Source of the DNA: Clostridia bacterium
Lineage (GTDB): Bacteria; Bacillota; Clostridia; Christensenellales; CAG-138
DNA: 64,000 nucleotides
Assembly: GCA_017619735.1 (NCBI GenBank)
Contig: JAFZRT010000060.1
Coordinates: 13,036 to 77,035 of the forward strand
Direction: 5' to 3'
The translations under genes and the position numbers were made by a program. Under the pieces are notes generated by a model that saw only the letters and a list, made by a program, of their open reading frames with translations, was not told the DNA's origin and ran no database searches. This document shows, piece by piece, positions 56,070 through 64,000 of the stretch (the first letter of the stretch is position 1; each line of letters begins with the position of its first letter).

Positions 56070-56783
56070 TCAGAGGTTCTTGAGAAGCCTGTCCATTACC
56101 TCGGCGTAAGCGTCCTCCACGCCGCCCATATCGCGGCGGAAGCGGTCCTTGTCGAGCTTTTCGCCTGTCGCGCTGTCCCACAGGCGGCAGGTGTCGGGGC
56201 TGATCTCGTCGGCGAGCACTATCGTACCGTCGGAGAGGCGGCCGAACTCCAGCTTGAAATCGACGAGCGTGACGCCGCACTCGGCCCAGAAGCTCCTGAG
56301 TATCTCATCGACCTTGAAGGCGTAGCTCTTTATGAGCTCGATCTCCTCCCTTGTCGCGAGCTTCAGCGCGAGCGCGTGATAGCTGTTCATGAGGGGATCG
56401 CCCAGCTCGTCGTTCTTGTAGGAGAACTCGATGGTGGGCTCGTCGAATACCACGCCCTCCGGCACGCCGTAGCGCTTGGAGAAGGAGCCGGCGGCGATGT
56501 TCCTGATTATCACCTCGAGCGGGACTATCGAAACGCGCTTGACCGCGGTCTCGCGCTCGTTGAGCTCCTCCACGAAATGGGTGGGCACGCCCGCCTTTTC
56601 AAGGAGCTGCATCAGCAGATTGCTCATGCGGTTGTTGATGACGCCCTTGCCCGCGATGGTGCCCTTCTTGAGGCCGTTGAAAGCCGTCGCGTCGTCCTTG
56701 TAGGAGACGATGAGTATCTCCGGATCGGGGGTCAAAAAGACCTTTTTTGCCTTGCCTTCGTAAAGCTGCTCGAGTTTTTCCAT
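56070..56783 (-). CDS. purC: phosphoribosylaminoimidazole-succinocarboxamide (SAICAR) synthase
   Basis: 237 aa from ATG 56783 ([16 protein letters not shown]...). The track ORF extends to 56855. Confidence 0.9.
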   Translation of the reverse strand: MEKLEQLYEGKAKKVFLTPDPEILIVSYKDDATAFNGLKKGTIAGKGVINNRMSNLLMQLLEKAGVPTHFVEELNERETAVKRVSIVPLEVIIRNIAAGSFSKRYGVPEGVVFDEPTIEFSYKNDELGDPLMNSYHALALKLATREEIELIKSYAFKVDEILRSFWAECGVTLVDFKLEFGRLSDGTIVLADEISPDTCRLWDSATGEKLDKDRFRRDMGGVEDAYAEVMDRLLKNL

Positions 56784-56902
56784 ATTTATCCGTGCCTTTC
56801 CCGGCTGTAAGCCGACTTGTATTCGCAGTATCGGGATCTCCCCTAAAAAAGTCAAACGCCCCCAAACGAAGCGTTAAGGGACGTTGTGCCTTTAACTATA
56901 GA

Positions 56903-56931
56903 ATTATACCCTTGCCTGCGCGGCTTGTCAA
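56903..56931 (-). promoter_or_regulatory. consensus sigma-A promoter of purC-purA-purB (TTGACA-17-TATAAT)
   Basis: Reverse complement of 56926..56931 and 56903..56908, leaving a leader of about 110 nt before purC. Confidence 0.5.
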
Positions 56932-56957
56932 CCGCCGCGGAGCAAAAGCGGGCTGCG

Positions 56958-57494
56958 TCAGTTGTTCGCGCAGTAGTCCTTGTCGACGACGTAGTCGAGT
57001 ATGAGCGTACCGTCGGCGTTGACGTAGCGCATTATCACGCAGACGTTCTCGTCGTTGGTGTAGGCGGCGAGCTCCTCATAGCTGGGCTTCAGCGAAGCGG
57101 CCTGCGCGTCGAGGGACGCCCTCAGCGTCTCGGGATCGACCTGGGTATCCTCGAGGAAGGTGTACTCCAGCACGTAGCCCGCGCCTTCGGCGTAATAATC
57201 GATGTCCATGGTGCCGGCATAGGCCTGCTTGACGGCCTCGAGCTGAGCGCTGATGGAATCCAGATACTGCTCGACGAGCTCCTCGGTCGTCTTGGCTTCC
57301 TGAGTGGGGGCCTCCGTGGGCGCCTCGGTCGGGGCCTCGGTGGGTTCGGGAGTGGGCGCCTCGGTCGGAGCTTCGGTGGGGGCTTCGGTGGGGGCTTCGG
57401 TGGGCTCGGGGCGGGAAGCGCCGCGGCAGGCGGCGAATGACGCGGCGAGCAGCACTGCGAGGAGCAGCGCAAAAATGCGGATGAGCTTCTTCAT
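56958..57494 (-). CDS. lipoprotein with an N-terminal (PTEA)n linker
   Basis: 178 aa from ATG 57494 (MKKLIRIFALLLAVLLAASFAAC lipobox) after AAAGGA. The linker is followed by a globular domain of about 115 aa. The track ORF extends to 57743. Confidence 0.65.
   Translation of the reverse strand: MKKLIRIFALLLAVLLAASFAACRGASRPEPTEAPTEAPTEAPTEAPTPEPTEAPTEAPTEAPTQEAKTTEELVEQYLDSISAQLEAVKQAYAGTMDIDYYAEGAGYVLEYTFLEDTQVDPETLRASLDAQAASLKPSYEELAAYTNDENVCVIMRYVNADGTLILDYVVDKDYCANN
57306..57410. repeat. in-frame tandem repeat, 12-nt period, about 9 units, encoding (PTEA)n
   Basis: Units such as ggcgcctcggtc, ggggcctcggtg and ggggcttcggtg read directly from the sequence. Confidence 0.7.
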
Positions 57495-57512
57495 ATCATT
57501 GTCCTTTCGCAT

Positions 57513-57548
57513 AAAAACAGGGGTCCCGAAAAGGACCCCCGTCTGTTC
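57513..57548 (-). terminator. intrinsic terminator after rplL
   Basis: Minus-strand read acgggggtcc-ttttcg-ggacccctgt followed by ttttt. Confidence 0.5.
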
Positions 57549-57564
57549 GCTTTTTCGGATCGGA

Positions 57565-57936
57565 TTACTTGATCTCGATCTCGGCGCCAACGGCCTTGAA
57601 GGCCTCGGCGAGCTTCTCGGCCTCTTCCTTGGCAACGCCTTCCTTAAGGGTGGAGGGAGCGCTGTCAACGAGGTCCTTGGCCTCCTTGAGGCCCAGACCC
57701 AGCTGCTCACGGGCAACCTTGATGACCTTGATCTTCTCAGCACCGAAGCTCTTGAGAACTACGTCGAACTCGGTCTTCTCTTCAACTTCCTCGGCAGCGG
57801 CGGCGGGGCCGGCGACTGCGACGGCGGTGGCGGCGGCGGATACGCCGAACTCCTCCTCGAGAGCCTTAACGAGGTCGGCGAGCTCGAGAACGGTCATGGC
57901 CTTGATGTCGGCAATAAACTGCTCTTTGTTAAACAT
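57565..57936 (-). CDS. rplL: 50S ribosomal protein L7/L12
   Basis: 123 aa with the Ala-rich hinge and the C-terminal domain [22 protein letters not shown]. Confidence 0.95.
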   Translation of the reverse strand: MFNKEQFIADIKAMTVLELADLVKALEEEFGVSAAATAVAVAGPAAAAEEVEEKTEFDVVLKSFGAEKIKVIKVAREQLGLGLKEAKDLVDSAPSTLKEGVAKEEAEKLAEAFKAVGAEIEIK

Positions 57937-58005
57937 GATAATTTCCTCCTAAAGATTTAGATGATTTTTGATTTGTCGGGGGACTTGCCCCGGGTCATGC
58001 CGAGA

Positions 58006-58527
58006 TCACTCGGCTGCTTCGGCGGTCTCGCCGCCGTTCTTCTTCGCGATCTGATCGAGAACGATCGCAAGACCGCTGATGGGGCTCATCATGCTGCCAA
58101 GCATACGGGCGATGAGAACCTCCTTGGGGGGGAGCTCCGCGAGAGCGTCGATACCGGCCGCATCGGTTACCTTACCGTTGACGATACCGCCCTTGATCTC
58201 GCACTTTTTGAGCTTCTTGACGACGTCCTTCAGGATCTTGGCGGGAGAAACCGCGTCGTCGTAGCCGATAGCGAATGCGGACGGGCCCTTGAGCATCTCA
58301 TTGACGGAAGCGTCAATGCCGATCTTCTCGGCCGCGCGCTCTACCATCGAGTTCTTGACAACGATGTACTCGTTGCCCGCCTTGCGCATCTGAGCGCGAA
58401 GATCGGTGACTTCGGAGACGGTGAGTCCGCGGTAGTCGAACATGACGACGGACTGTGCCTTCTGCAGCTTCTCGGCGATCTCCTCGACCAGCTGTTCCTT
58501 CTGGGCGATAATGGAAGCGTTTGCCAT
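58006..58527 (-). CDS. rplJ: 50S ribosomal protein L10
   Basis: 173 aa with a typical L10 N-terminus (KEQLVEEIAEKLQKAQSVVMFDYRGLTV), located directly upstream of rplL. Confidence 0.95.
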   Translation of the reverse strand: MANASIIAQKEQLVEEIAEKLQKAQSVVMFDYRGLTVSEVTDLRAQMRKAGNEYIVVKNSMVERAAEKIGIDASVNEMLKGPSAFAIGYDDAVSPAKILKDVVKKLKKCEIKGGIVNGKVTDAAGIDALAELPPKEVLIARMLGSMMSPISGLAIVLDQIAKKNGGETAEAAE

Positions 58528-58690
58528 TTTACTGGATTTCCTCCTTGTTGCAGTTTAACAATAAAATATCCCCGTGCCGCTTTTCGACAGGGGAAATGAA
58601 GAATTCTGTGTCCCGAGGGTTGCCCCGCGGTTTATATGATCTTCACCTCGGCAGGATATTAAGTCTCGGGAGTGCCCTTGACACCGGCTG
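58528..58690 (-). ncRNA. possible ribosomal protein L10 leader (autoregulatory 5' UTR)
   Basis: Called only from position, as a long structured GC-rich 5' region ahead of rplJ. No motif was verified. Confidence 0.25.
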
Positions 58691-58821
58691 TCTACGGCGG
58701 ATATTTGATTGCGAAGCGTAGGATACCACAGCCCGCGCCTCCTGTCAAGCGGTTTTTTCATGTATTTGCAATATATTTTGAGAAAAATCGGCCCGCAGAC
58801 GGTGCATTGCCCCGCCTTTGG

Positions 58822-58830
58822 TGGTATAAT
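58822..58830 (+). promoter_or_regulatory. extended -10 element TGgTATAAT, 6 nt upstream of the ATG at 58837
   Basis: Read directly. No Shine-Dalgarno sequence lies between it and the ATG. Confidence 0.35.
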
Positions 58831-58836
58831 CGGGCC

Positions 58837-59652
58837 ATGGACAACTCGGAGCTGAAAATCATAGCGAAGGAACTCGGTTTTGCGGAGGCGTATCTTCTGC
58901 CCCCGCCCGATCTCGCGCGCGTCGAAAGCGAGCCGTCCATCATATGGAACACGGAGGAGCATCCGTGGGCGAAGGTATCGTGCCTGCTCGTAATGCCCTA
59001 CTCCCCCTACCCCGCGGACTGCCGCATACCCGCATACTACATCGCGAGCAACCGCTCCTACCGCGCGAGCGTGGAGCTTGCAAAGCGGCTCGAGGCCGCG
59101 GGCGCACGCTGCCTGCGCGCGGAGCTCCCGATAAAGCAGCTCGCCGTCAGGTACCGCGCCGCCTCCCCGTGCCGGAGCTCGCTCATATCGATACCGCCCT
59201 ACGGCACGCGCGTGGTGTTCCAGTCCATGCTGCTGGGCTCGAGCCCGGAGCATCCGTTCTCGCCCGAGGAATACAGCGTCGCGGAGGACGATATGTGCGC
59301 CTCCTGCCGCGCGTGCGAGGCCGCCTGCCCCGCTCACGCCATAAGCGGGGACGGCTACGACGTGAAAAAGTGCATGCGGTACTACATGGACGGCGCGGAT
59401 TATCCCGACTGGGTCTACGGGATACAGCGGACGCATCTGGGCTGCGAGATCTGCCAGCAGGTCTGCCCGAGGAACGCGCATATCAAGCCGACCGAACCGC
59501 CCGAGGAAGTGGTCCGTGCGTTCGACGTCGAATCCCTCGCCGCGGGCGACACCAAGCCCGCGCGCCTGCTCGTGGGGAAGAACATCACCGGCCGCGGCAA
59601 GCTGCAGAAGGAGGCGCTGAACTTCCTTAAGCGGGACGGCGGCGTTCGGTGA
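58837..59652 (+). CDS. QueG-like 4Fe-4S double-cluster protein (epoxyqueuosine reductase / reductive-dehalogenase-related)
   Basis: 271 aa from ATG 58837 (MDNSELKIIAKELGF...). Ferredoxin motifs CASCRACEAACP and CEICQQVCP. The track ORF begins at 58672. Confidence 0.6.
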   Translation: MDNSELKIIAKELGFAEAYLLPPPDLARVESEPSIIWNTEEHPWAKVSCLLVMPYSPYPADCRIPAYYIASNRSYRASVELAKRLEAAGARCLRAELPIKQLAVRYRAASPCRSSLISIPPYGTRVVFQSMLLGSSPEHPFSPEEYSVAEDDMCASCRACEAACPAHAISGDGYDVKKCMRYYMDGADYPDWVYGIQRTHLGCEICQQVCPRNAHIKPTEPPEEVVRAFDVESLAAGDTKPARLLVGKNITGRGKLQKEALNFLKRDGGVR

Positions 59653-59688
59653 GATCCTTTGATATCCCGTTTTTCTCCGCTTGTATAT

Positions 59689-59717
59689 TTGACAACCCGC
59701 GCGGGCGGTGCTATAAT
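59689..59717 (+). promoter_or_regulatory. consensus sigma-A promoter of the pyr operon (TTGACA-17-TATAAT with TGc)
   Basis: Hexamers at 59689..59694 and 59712..59717. Confidence 0.5.
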
Positions 59718-59801
59718 GATCTATGGTCTTTAAGGCGATACGGGATATCGGCAAGACAAGCTCATCGGCTGCCCAACGGCATGCCGCTCAATGGCTGTGC
59801 G

Positions 59802-59828
59802 CTCTGCCGTCCCGGCGGAGCTTTTTTG
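59802..59828 (+). terminator. leader terminator (attenuator candidate) upstream of pyrC
   Basis: Stem ctctgccg/cggcggag (one G-U pair) with loop tcc, followed by cttttttg. It ends 22 nt before the pyrC ATG. Confidence 0.45.
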
Positions 59829-59850
59829 ATAAATCGAACGGAGGCGGCAG

Positions 59851-61071
59851 ATGATCAAGGCAAGCATTGTGAAAAGCGATATCCTTTCCGGCTTTTCCCC
59901 CGTCGTTCCCGAGGGATGCGGCGTCGCTGCCGCTCCCGTTTCCGATATGGTAATATTCCCCGGCTTCTGCGACGTGCATGTGCACCTTCGCGAGCCGGGT
60001 CTTTCTTATAAGGAGACCATCGCCTCCGGCACGCGCGCGGCAGCCCGCGGGGGCTATACCGACGTGTTCGCGATGCCGAACCTCGATCCCGTGCCCGACT
60101 GCCCCGAGAACCTCCGTCCCGAGCTTGCGGCGATAGCCCGCGGAGCTGTGATACGGGTGCTGCCCTACGGCGCGCTGACCCGCGGCGAAAAGGGCCGGGA
60201 GCCCGCCGACATCGAAGGGCTCGCCCCGTTCGTCGCCGCCTTCTCCGACGACGGCAAGGGCGTGCAGGACGAGGGCATGATGCGCGAGGTGATGGCCCGC
60301 TGCAGGGCCGTCGGGAAGGTGCTCGCCGCGCATTGCGAGGACGAGAGCCTGCTGTTCGGCGGATACATACACGACGGCGCATACGCGAAGGCCCGCGGCC
60401 ACCGCGGCATCTGCTCCGAATCGGAGTGGCGGCAGATAGAGCGCGACGTGCGCCTTGCCGCGGAAACGGGCGTCAAATACCACGTCTGCCACGTCTCCGC
60501 GAAGGAAAGCGTAGAGATAATCCGCGACGCAAAAAAGGCCGGCGTCGACGTCACCTGCGAAACGGCGCCTCACTACCTGCTGCTCGACGAGGGCGACCTC
60601 ATGGAGGACGGCCGTTTCAAGATGAACCCGCCCCTTCGCGGGAGGCGGGACCGCGAGGCGCTCCTCGAGGGGATCGCCGACGGCACGATAGACATGATAG
60701 CGACGGATCACGCGCCGCATACCGCGGAGGAGAAATCCCGCGGGCTCGAGAAGAGCCCCTTCGGCGTGGTCGGCATTGAGACGGCGTTCCCGCTCGTGTG
60801 GACCGGCCTAGTGAAGACCGGCGTGATAAGCACGGACCGCCTGATAGAGCTTATGGCGATCAAACCCCGCCAAAGGTTCGGACTCTCCCTGAGCGGCGCC
60901 GACTGGTCGCTTTGGGACCTTTCCGAGGAATACGCGATAGATCCCGGCGAGTTCCTTTCCATGGGCCGCGCCACCCCGTTTGAAGGCCGCACGGTAACGG
61001 GCCGCTGCCTTATGACGGTCTGCGGCGGAAGGATCGCCTACGAATACCGGAGGAATCGAAGTGAATCGTGA
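59851..61071 (+). CDS. pyrC: dihydroorotase
   Basis: 406 aa with DVHVHLREPG and ATDHAPH motifs. GGAGG RBS. Confidence 0.9.
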   Translation: MIKASIVKSDILSGFSPVVPEGCGVAAAPVSDMVIFPGFCDVHVHLREPGLSYKETIASGTRAAARGGYTDVFAMPNLDPVPDCPENLRPELAAIARGAVIRVLPYGALTRGEKGREPADIEGLAPFVAAFSDDGKGVQDEGMMREVMARCRAVGKVLAAHCEDESLLFGGYIHDGAYAKARGHRGICSESEWRQIERDVRLAAETGVKYHVCHVSAKESVEIIRDAKKAGVDVTCETAPHYLLLDEGDLMEDGRFKMNPPLRGRRDREALLEGIADGTIDMIATDHAPHTAEEKSRGLEKSPFGVVGIETAFPLVWTGLVKTGVISTDRLIELMAIKPRQRFGLSLSGADWSLWDLSEEYAIDPGEFLSMGRATPFEGRTVTGRCLMTVCGGRIAYEYRRNRSES

Positions 61072-61786
61072 ACTGCTGACTATAACCGAAAACGAGCCCT
61101 TGACCGCGTCGGTATTCCGCATGCGGCTCTCCGGCTGCGCGGGCGGGTACCTGCCCGGCCAGTTTGTGAACGTCGCCCTGCCCGGCCTGTACCTGAGACG
61201 GCCCATCTCCGTATGCGATCTTGCGGACGGGACGCTGACCCTCATATACAAGGTCGTCGGCCGCGGCTCCGAGCTGATGAGCCGGCTTCGTCCCGGCGAG
61301 AAGCTCGACGTTCTGACGGGCCTCGGCAACGGATACGACCTTGCCGCGGCGGGTGATGCTCCCCTCCTCGTCGGAGGCGGCGTGGGAGTACCGCCCCTCT
61401 ATTACCTTGCGAAGGAGCTTATAAAACAGGGAAAAACAGTTTCCGTCGTGCTGGGCTTCAACACGAAGGACGAGATATTCTATGAGGACGAGTTCCGCGC
61501 TCTCGGCTGCCAAACCGCGGTGACCACCGCGGACGGGAGCCGCGGAGTAAAGGGCTTCGTCACGGACGCGCTGCCCGGCGGCGCATCGTACTACTACGCC
61601 TGCGGGCCGCTGCCCATGCTGAAAGCGCTGTACAGAGCGGCTCCTTTCCCCGGCGAAATGAGCTTTGAGGAGCGAATGGGCTGCGGCTTCGGCGCGTGCA
61701 TGGGCTGCTCGATGATGACGAAGAGCGGCGCGAAGCGCGTCTGCAGGGAAGGCCCCGTATTCAAGAAGGAGGAGCTCCTATGGTGA
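61061..61786 (+). CDS. pyrK: dihydroorotate dehydrogenase electron-transfer subunit
   Basis: 241 aa with a GTG start after GGAGG. C-terminal 2Fe-2S motif CGFGACMGCS...C. It overlaps both pyrC and pyrD. Confidence 0.85.
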   Translation: MNRELLTITENEPLTASVFRMRLSGCAGGYLPGQFVNVALPGLYLRRPISVCDLADGTLTLIYKVVGRGSELMSRLRPGEKLDVLTGLGNGYDLAAAGDAPLLVGGGVGVPPLYYLAKELIKQGKTVSVVLGFNTKDEIFYEDEFRALGCQTAVTTADGSRGVKGFVTDALPGGASYYYACGPLPMLKALYRAAPFPGEMSFEERMGCGFGACMGCSMMTKSGAKRVCREGPVFKKEELLW

Positions 61787-62691
61787 ACACCCGCGTCACG
61801 CTCTGCGGGATAGAGCTTGACAATCCCGTCATACCCGCCTCCGGCACATTCGGCTACGGGTACGAGTTCGCTGAGCTTTACGACATCAACTGCCTCGGCA
61901 CGTTCTCCTTCAAGGGCACCACGAGGGAGCCGCGCTTCGGCAATCCCACCCCGCGCATAGCGGAGTGCACGGCCGGCATGATAAACGCCGTCGGGCTGCA
62001 GAATCCCGGCGTCGAAGCGGTCATAAGGGAGGAGCTTCCCCGGCTCGGGAAGGCCTTCCGCAAGCCCGTGATGGCGAACGTCTCCGGCTTCTCGGTCGAG
62101 GATTACGCCTTCACGTGCGCCCTCCTCGACAGGGAGGAGCAGGTCGGCTGGCTGGAGGTCAACGTCAGCTGTCCCAACGTGCACGGCGGCGGCATGAGCT
62201 TCGGCACCGATCCCGCCTCCGCGGCGGAGGTCACGAGGGCGGTCAAGGCAGTCACGAAAAAGCCCGTAATACTGAAGCTTTCCCCCAACGTGACGGACAT
62301 AGCGGCGATCGCCCGCGCGTGCGAGGATGCGGGCGCCGACGGCATCAGTCTCATAAACACCCTCCTCGGCATGAGGATCGATCCCCGGACCCGCCGCCCG
62401 GTCATCGCGAACGTCATGGGCGGGTTCTCCGGCCCGGCGATATTCCCCGTGGCGCTGCGGATGGTGTATCAGGTCTCGAAGGCGGTCTCCGTCCCCGTAG
62501 TGGGGATGGGCGGCGTCGCCTCCGCGGAGGACGTTATCGAGATGATGATGGCGGGCGCTTCCGCCGTCGAGGTCGGCGCGCAGAACCTCGTTGATCCCTT
62601 CGCCTCGAAAAAGATCGTCGAGGCGCTGCCCGCGGCAATGGAAAAATACGGCGTAACAAGCCTTGAAGAAATAATCGGAACAGCTCACTGA
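61780..62691 (+). CDS. pyrD: dihydroorotate dehydrogenase catalytic subunit (class 1B)
   Basis: 303 aa from ATG 61780 (MVNTRVTLCGIELDNPVIPASGTFGYG) with NVSCPNV present. The track ORF begins at 61696. Confidence 0.9.
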   Translation: MVNTRVTLCGIELDNPVIPASGTFGYGYEFAELYDINCLGTFSFKGTTREPRFGNPTPRIAECTAGMINAVGLQNPGVEAVIREELPRLGKAFRKPVMANVSGFSVEDYAFTCALLDREEQVGWLEVNVSCPNVHGGGMSFGTDPASAAEVTRAVKAVTKKPVILKLSPNVTDIAAIARACEDAGADGISLINTLLGMRIDPRTRRPVIANVMGGFSGPAIFPVALRMVYQVSKAVSVPVVGMGGVASAEDVIEMMMAGASAVEVGAQNLVDPFASKKIVEALPAAMEKYGVTSLEEIIGTAH

Positions 62692-62703
62692 AGGAGATGC
62701 AGC

Positions 62704-63411
62704 ATGGGTAAAGACGTTATAGTCGCGTGCGATTTTTCGAGCGCGGAAGCCACATTCACATTCCTCGACAGGTTTATTGGCCTCGAGCGGAAGCCCTTTG
62801 TCAAGATCGGCATGGAGCTTTACTACGCCGAAGGTCCTCAGATCGTCCGCGAGATCAAGAGACGGGGGCATAAGATATTCCTCGATCTCAAGCTGCACGA
62901 CATCCCCAACACGGTAAAAAAGGCGATGGCGGTGCTGTCGCGGCTCGACGCCGACATAGTGAACCTGCACGCCGCGGGAACGACCGCCATGATGAAGGCG
63001 GCGCTCGAGGGACTTACCCGCGAGGACGGCTCACGGCCCCTGCTTATAGCTGTGACGCAGCTCACCTCCACCGATCAGGAGTCGATGGAGCGCGACCTAC
63101 TGATAGACAGGCCCATAGGGGAGGTCGTGATGCACTACGCGAAGACCGCGAAGGACGCGGGCCTCGACGGCGTCGTCTGCTCCCCGCTGGAGGCGGGCAG
63201 GGTGCACGAGGTCTGCGGCGCGGAGTTTTTGACCGTCACTCCCGGCATCCGGTTCGCCGACGGCGACAGGGGCGACCAGAAGCGCGTAACGACCCCCGCC
63301 GACGCGAAGGCGATCGGCTCCGATTACATAGTCGTCGGCCGCCCGATAACGGCCGCCGCGGATCCCGTCGCGGCGTATCTGCGCTGCGTCGATGAATTCG
63401 TCGACAGATAA
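62704..63411 (+). CDS. pyrF: orotidine 5'-phosphate decarboxylase
   Basis: 235 aa with VACDF, KIGMELY and [13 protein letters not shown] motifs. Confidence 0.9.
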   Translation: MGKDVIVACDFSSAEATFTFLDRFIGLERKPFVKIGMELYYAEGPQIVREIKRRGHKIFLDLKLHDIPNTVKKAMAVLSRLDADIVNLHAAGTTAMMKAALEGLTREDGSRPLLIAVTQLTSTDQESMERDLLIDRPIGEVVMHYAKTAKDAGLDGVVCSPLEAGRVHEVCGAEFLTVTPGIRFADGDRGDQKRVTTPADAKAIGSDYIVVGRPITAAADPVAAYLRCVDEFVDR

Positions 63412-63432
63412 TCACCCGAAAGGAATCACGAT

Positions 63433-64000
63433 ATGGATACCAAGGAACTCATTGCAAAGGATCTGTTGAAGATCCGCGCCGTATTCTTCCGCCCGGACGA
63501 GCCCTTCACATGGGCGAGCGGAATAAAGAGCCCCGTCTACTGCGACAACCGCCTTACGCTGACGGCGCCCGAGGTCAGGAACGACGTCGAAAACTCCCTC
63601 GCCGCCGTCATCGGGGAAAAATACCCCGACGCCGAGGTGCTGATGGGCACCTCCACCGCGGGCATAGCGCACGCGGCGATAGTCGGGCACTTAACGGGTC
63701 TGCCCATGGGCTACGTCCGCTCCGGCGCGAAGGACCACGGCAGGCAGAACCGCATCGAGGGACGTCTTGAACCCGGCCAAAAGGTCGTGGTCGTGGAGGA
63801 CCTCATCTCCACCGGCGGCAGCGTGATAGAGGTCGTCGACGCTCTGCGCGAAGCGGGCGCAGACGTGCTGGGCGTGGTCTCGATATTCACCTACGGCATG
63901 AAAAAGGGGCTCGAGCGCCTTGCCGCGGCAGGCGTCGAGAACACCTCGCTTACCGATTTCGACGTGATAGCCCGCGTCGCCGCCGAGGAGGGCTATATCG
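63433..64000 (+). CDS. pyrE: orotate phosphoribosyltransferase, N-terminal part (runs off the window)
   Basis: Absent from the ORF track because no stop lies in the window. ATG 63433 follows GAAAGGAA. My own translation gives MDTKELIAKDLLKIRAVFFRPDEPFTWASGIKSPVYCDNR... and the PRPP motif VVVVEDLISTGGS. Confidence 0.85.
   Translation, partial: MDTKELIAKDLLKIRAVFFRPDEPFTWASGIKSPVYCDNRLTLTAPEVRNDVENSLAAVIGEKYPDAEVLMGTSTAGIAHAAIVGHLTGLPMGYVRSGAKDHGRQNRIEGRLEPGQKVVVVEDLISTGGSVIEVVDALREAGADVLGVVSIFTYGMKKGLERLAAAGVENTSLTDFDVIARVAAEEGYI

Noticed and set aside
57306-57410. Regular 12-nt repeats as a possible CRISPR-like or minisatellite array
   Set aside because: The period is far too short, there are no spacers, and the repeats are in frame within a lipoprotein gene (the PTEA linker).
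59718-59800. PyrR binding site in the pyr leader
   Set aside because: The conserved UCCAGAGAGG core is not present. Only the terminator could be supported.

Overview
High-GC (by eye above 60%, not computed), densely coding chromosomal segment that looks like an anaerobic Firmicute, probably Clostridia. That guess is inference from a GlgD-containing glycogen operon, the anaerobic cbi-type cobalamin pathway, a split gcvPA/gcvPB, and many near-consensus TTGACA-17-TATAAT promoters. Order of content: malQ (partial) and glgP; a DUF1858 protein; psuG; an M16 peptidase; a DUF2975 membrane protein with an XRE-type HTH regulator; an isolated 72-aa Cys/Gly/Trp-rich peptide gene; gcvT-gcvH-gcvPA-gcvPB; an ABC exporter; two tandem M32 carboxypeptidases; a NitT/TauT-type ABC ATPase and permease with no binding protein; glgB-glgC-glgD-glgA; and tRNA-Leu(UAA). 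The tRNA is followed by a roughly 3.3 kb lower-GC accessory patch carrying tnpV, a sigma-70 family factor and a membrane partner, riddled with decayed copies of the tRNA 3' end and other direct repeats. Then come an Xaa-Pro aminopeptidase; DUF3793; and a roughly 17 kb, 18-gene minus-strand cobalamin operon (btuC-like, btuD-like, TIM-barrel gene, cobT, cobU, cobS, cobU-like, cobC, cbiA, cbiC, cbiD, cbiF, cbiG, cbiH, cbiJ-E-T fusion, cbiB, cobD, cbiP). That operon sits behind a cobalamin riboswitch. A second cobalamin riboswitch, divergent from the first, drives three lipoprotein genes (exported CbiK-like, tandem-domain unknown, BtuF-like binding protein) and a small orphan ORF. The window ends with purC-purA-purB; a (PTEA)n lipoprotein; rplJ-rplL; a QueG-like 4Fe-4S protein; and pyrC-pyrK-pyrD-pyrF-pyrE (partial). 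No rRNA genes or CRISPR arrays were seen. The most unusual items are the exported CbiK-like lipoprotein operon under B12 riboswitch control, the tRNA-Leu hotspot with its nested repeats, and the Cys/Gly/Trp-rich mini-protein. All family names come from reading the translations by eye; no database search was run.
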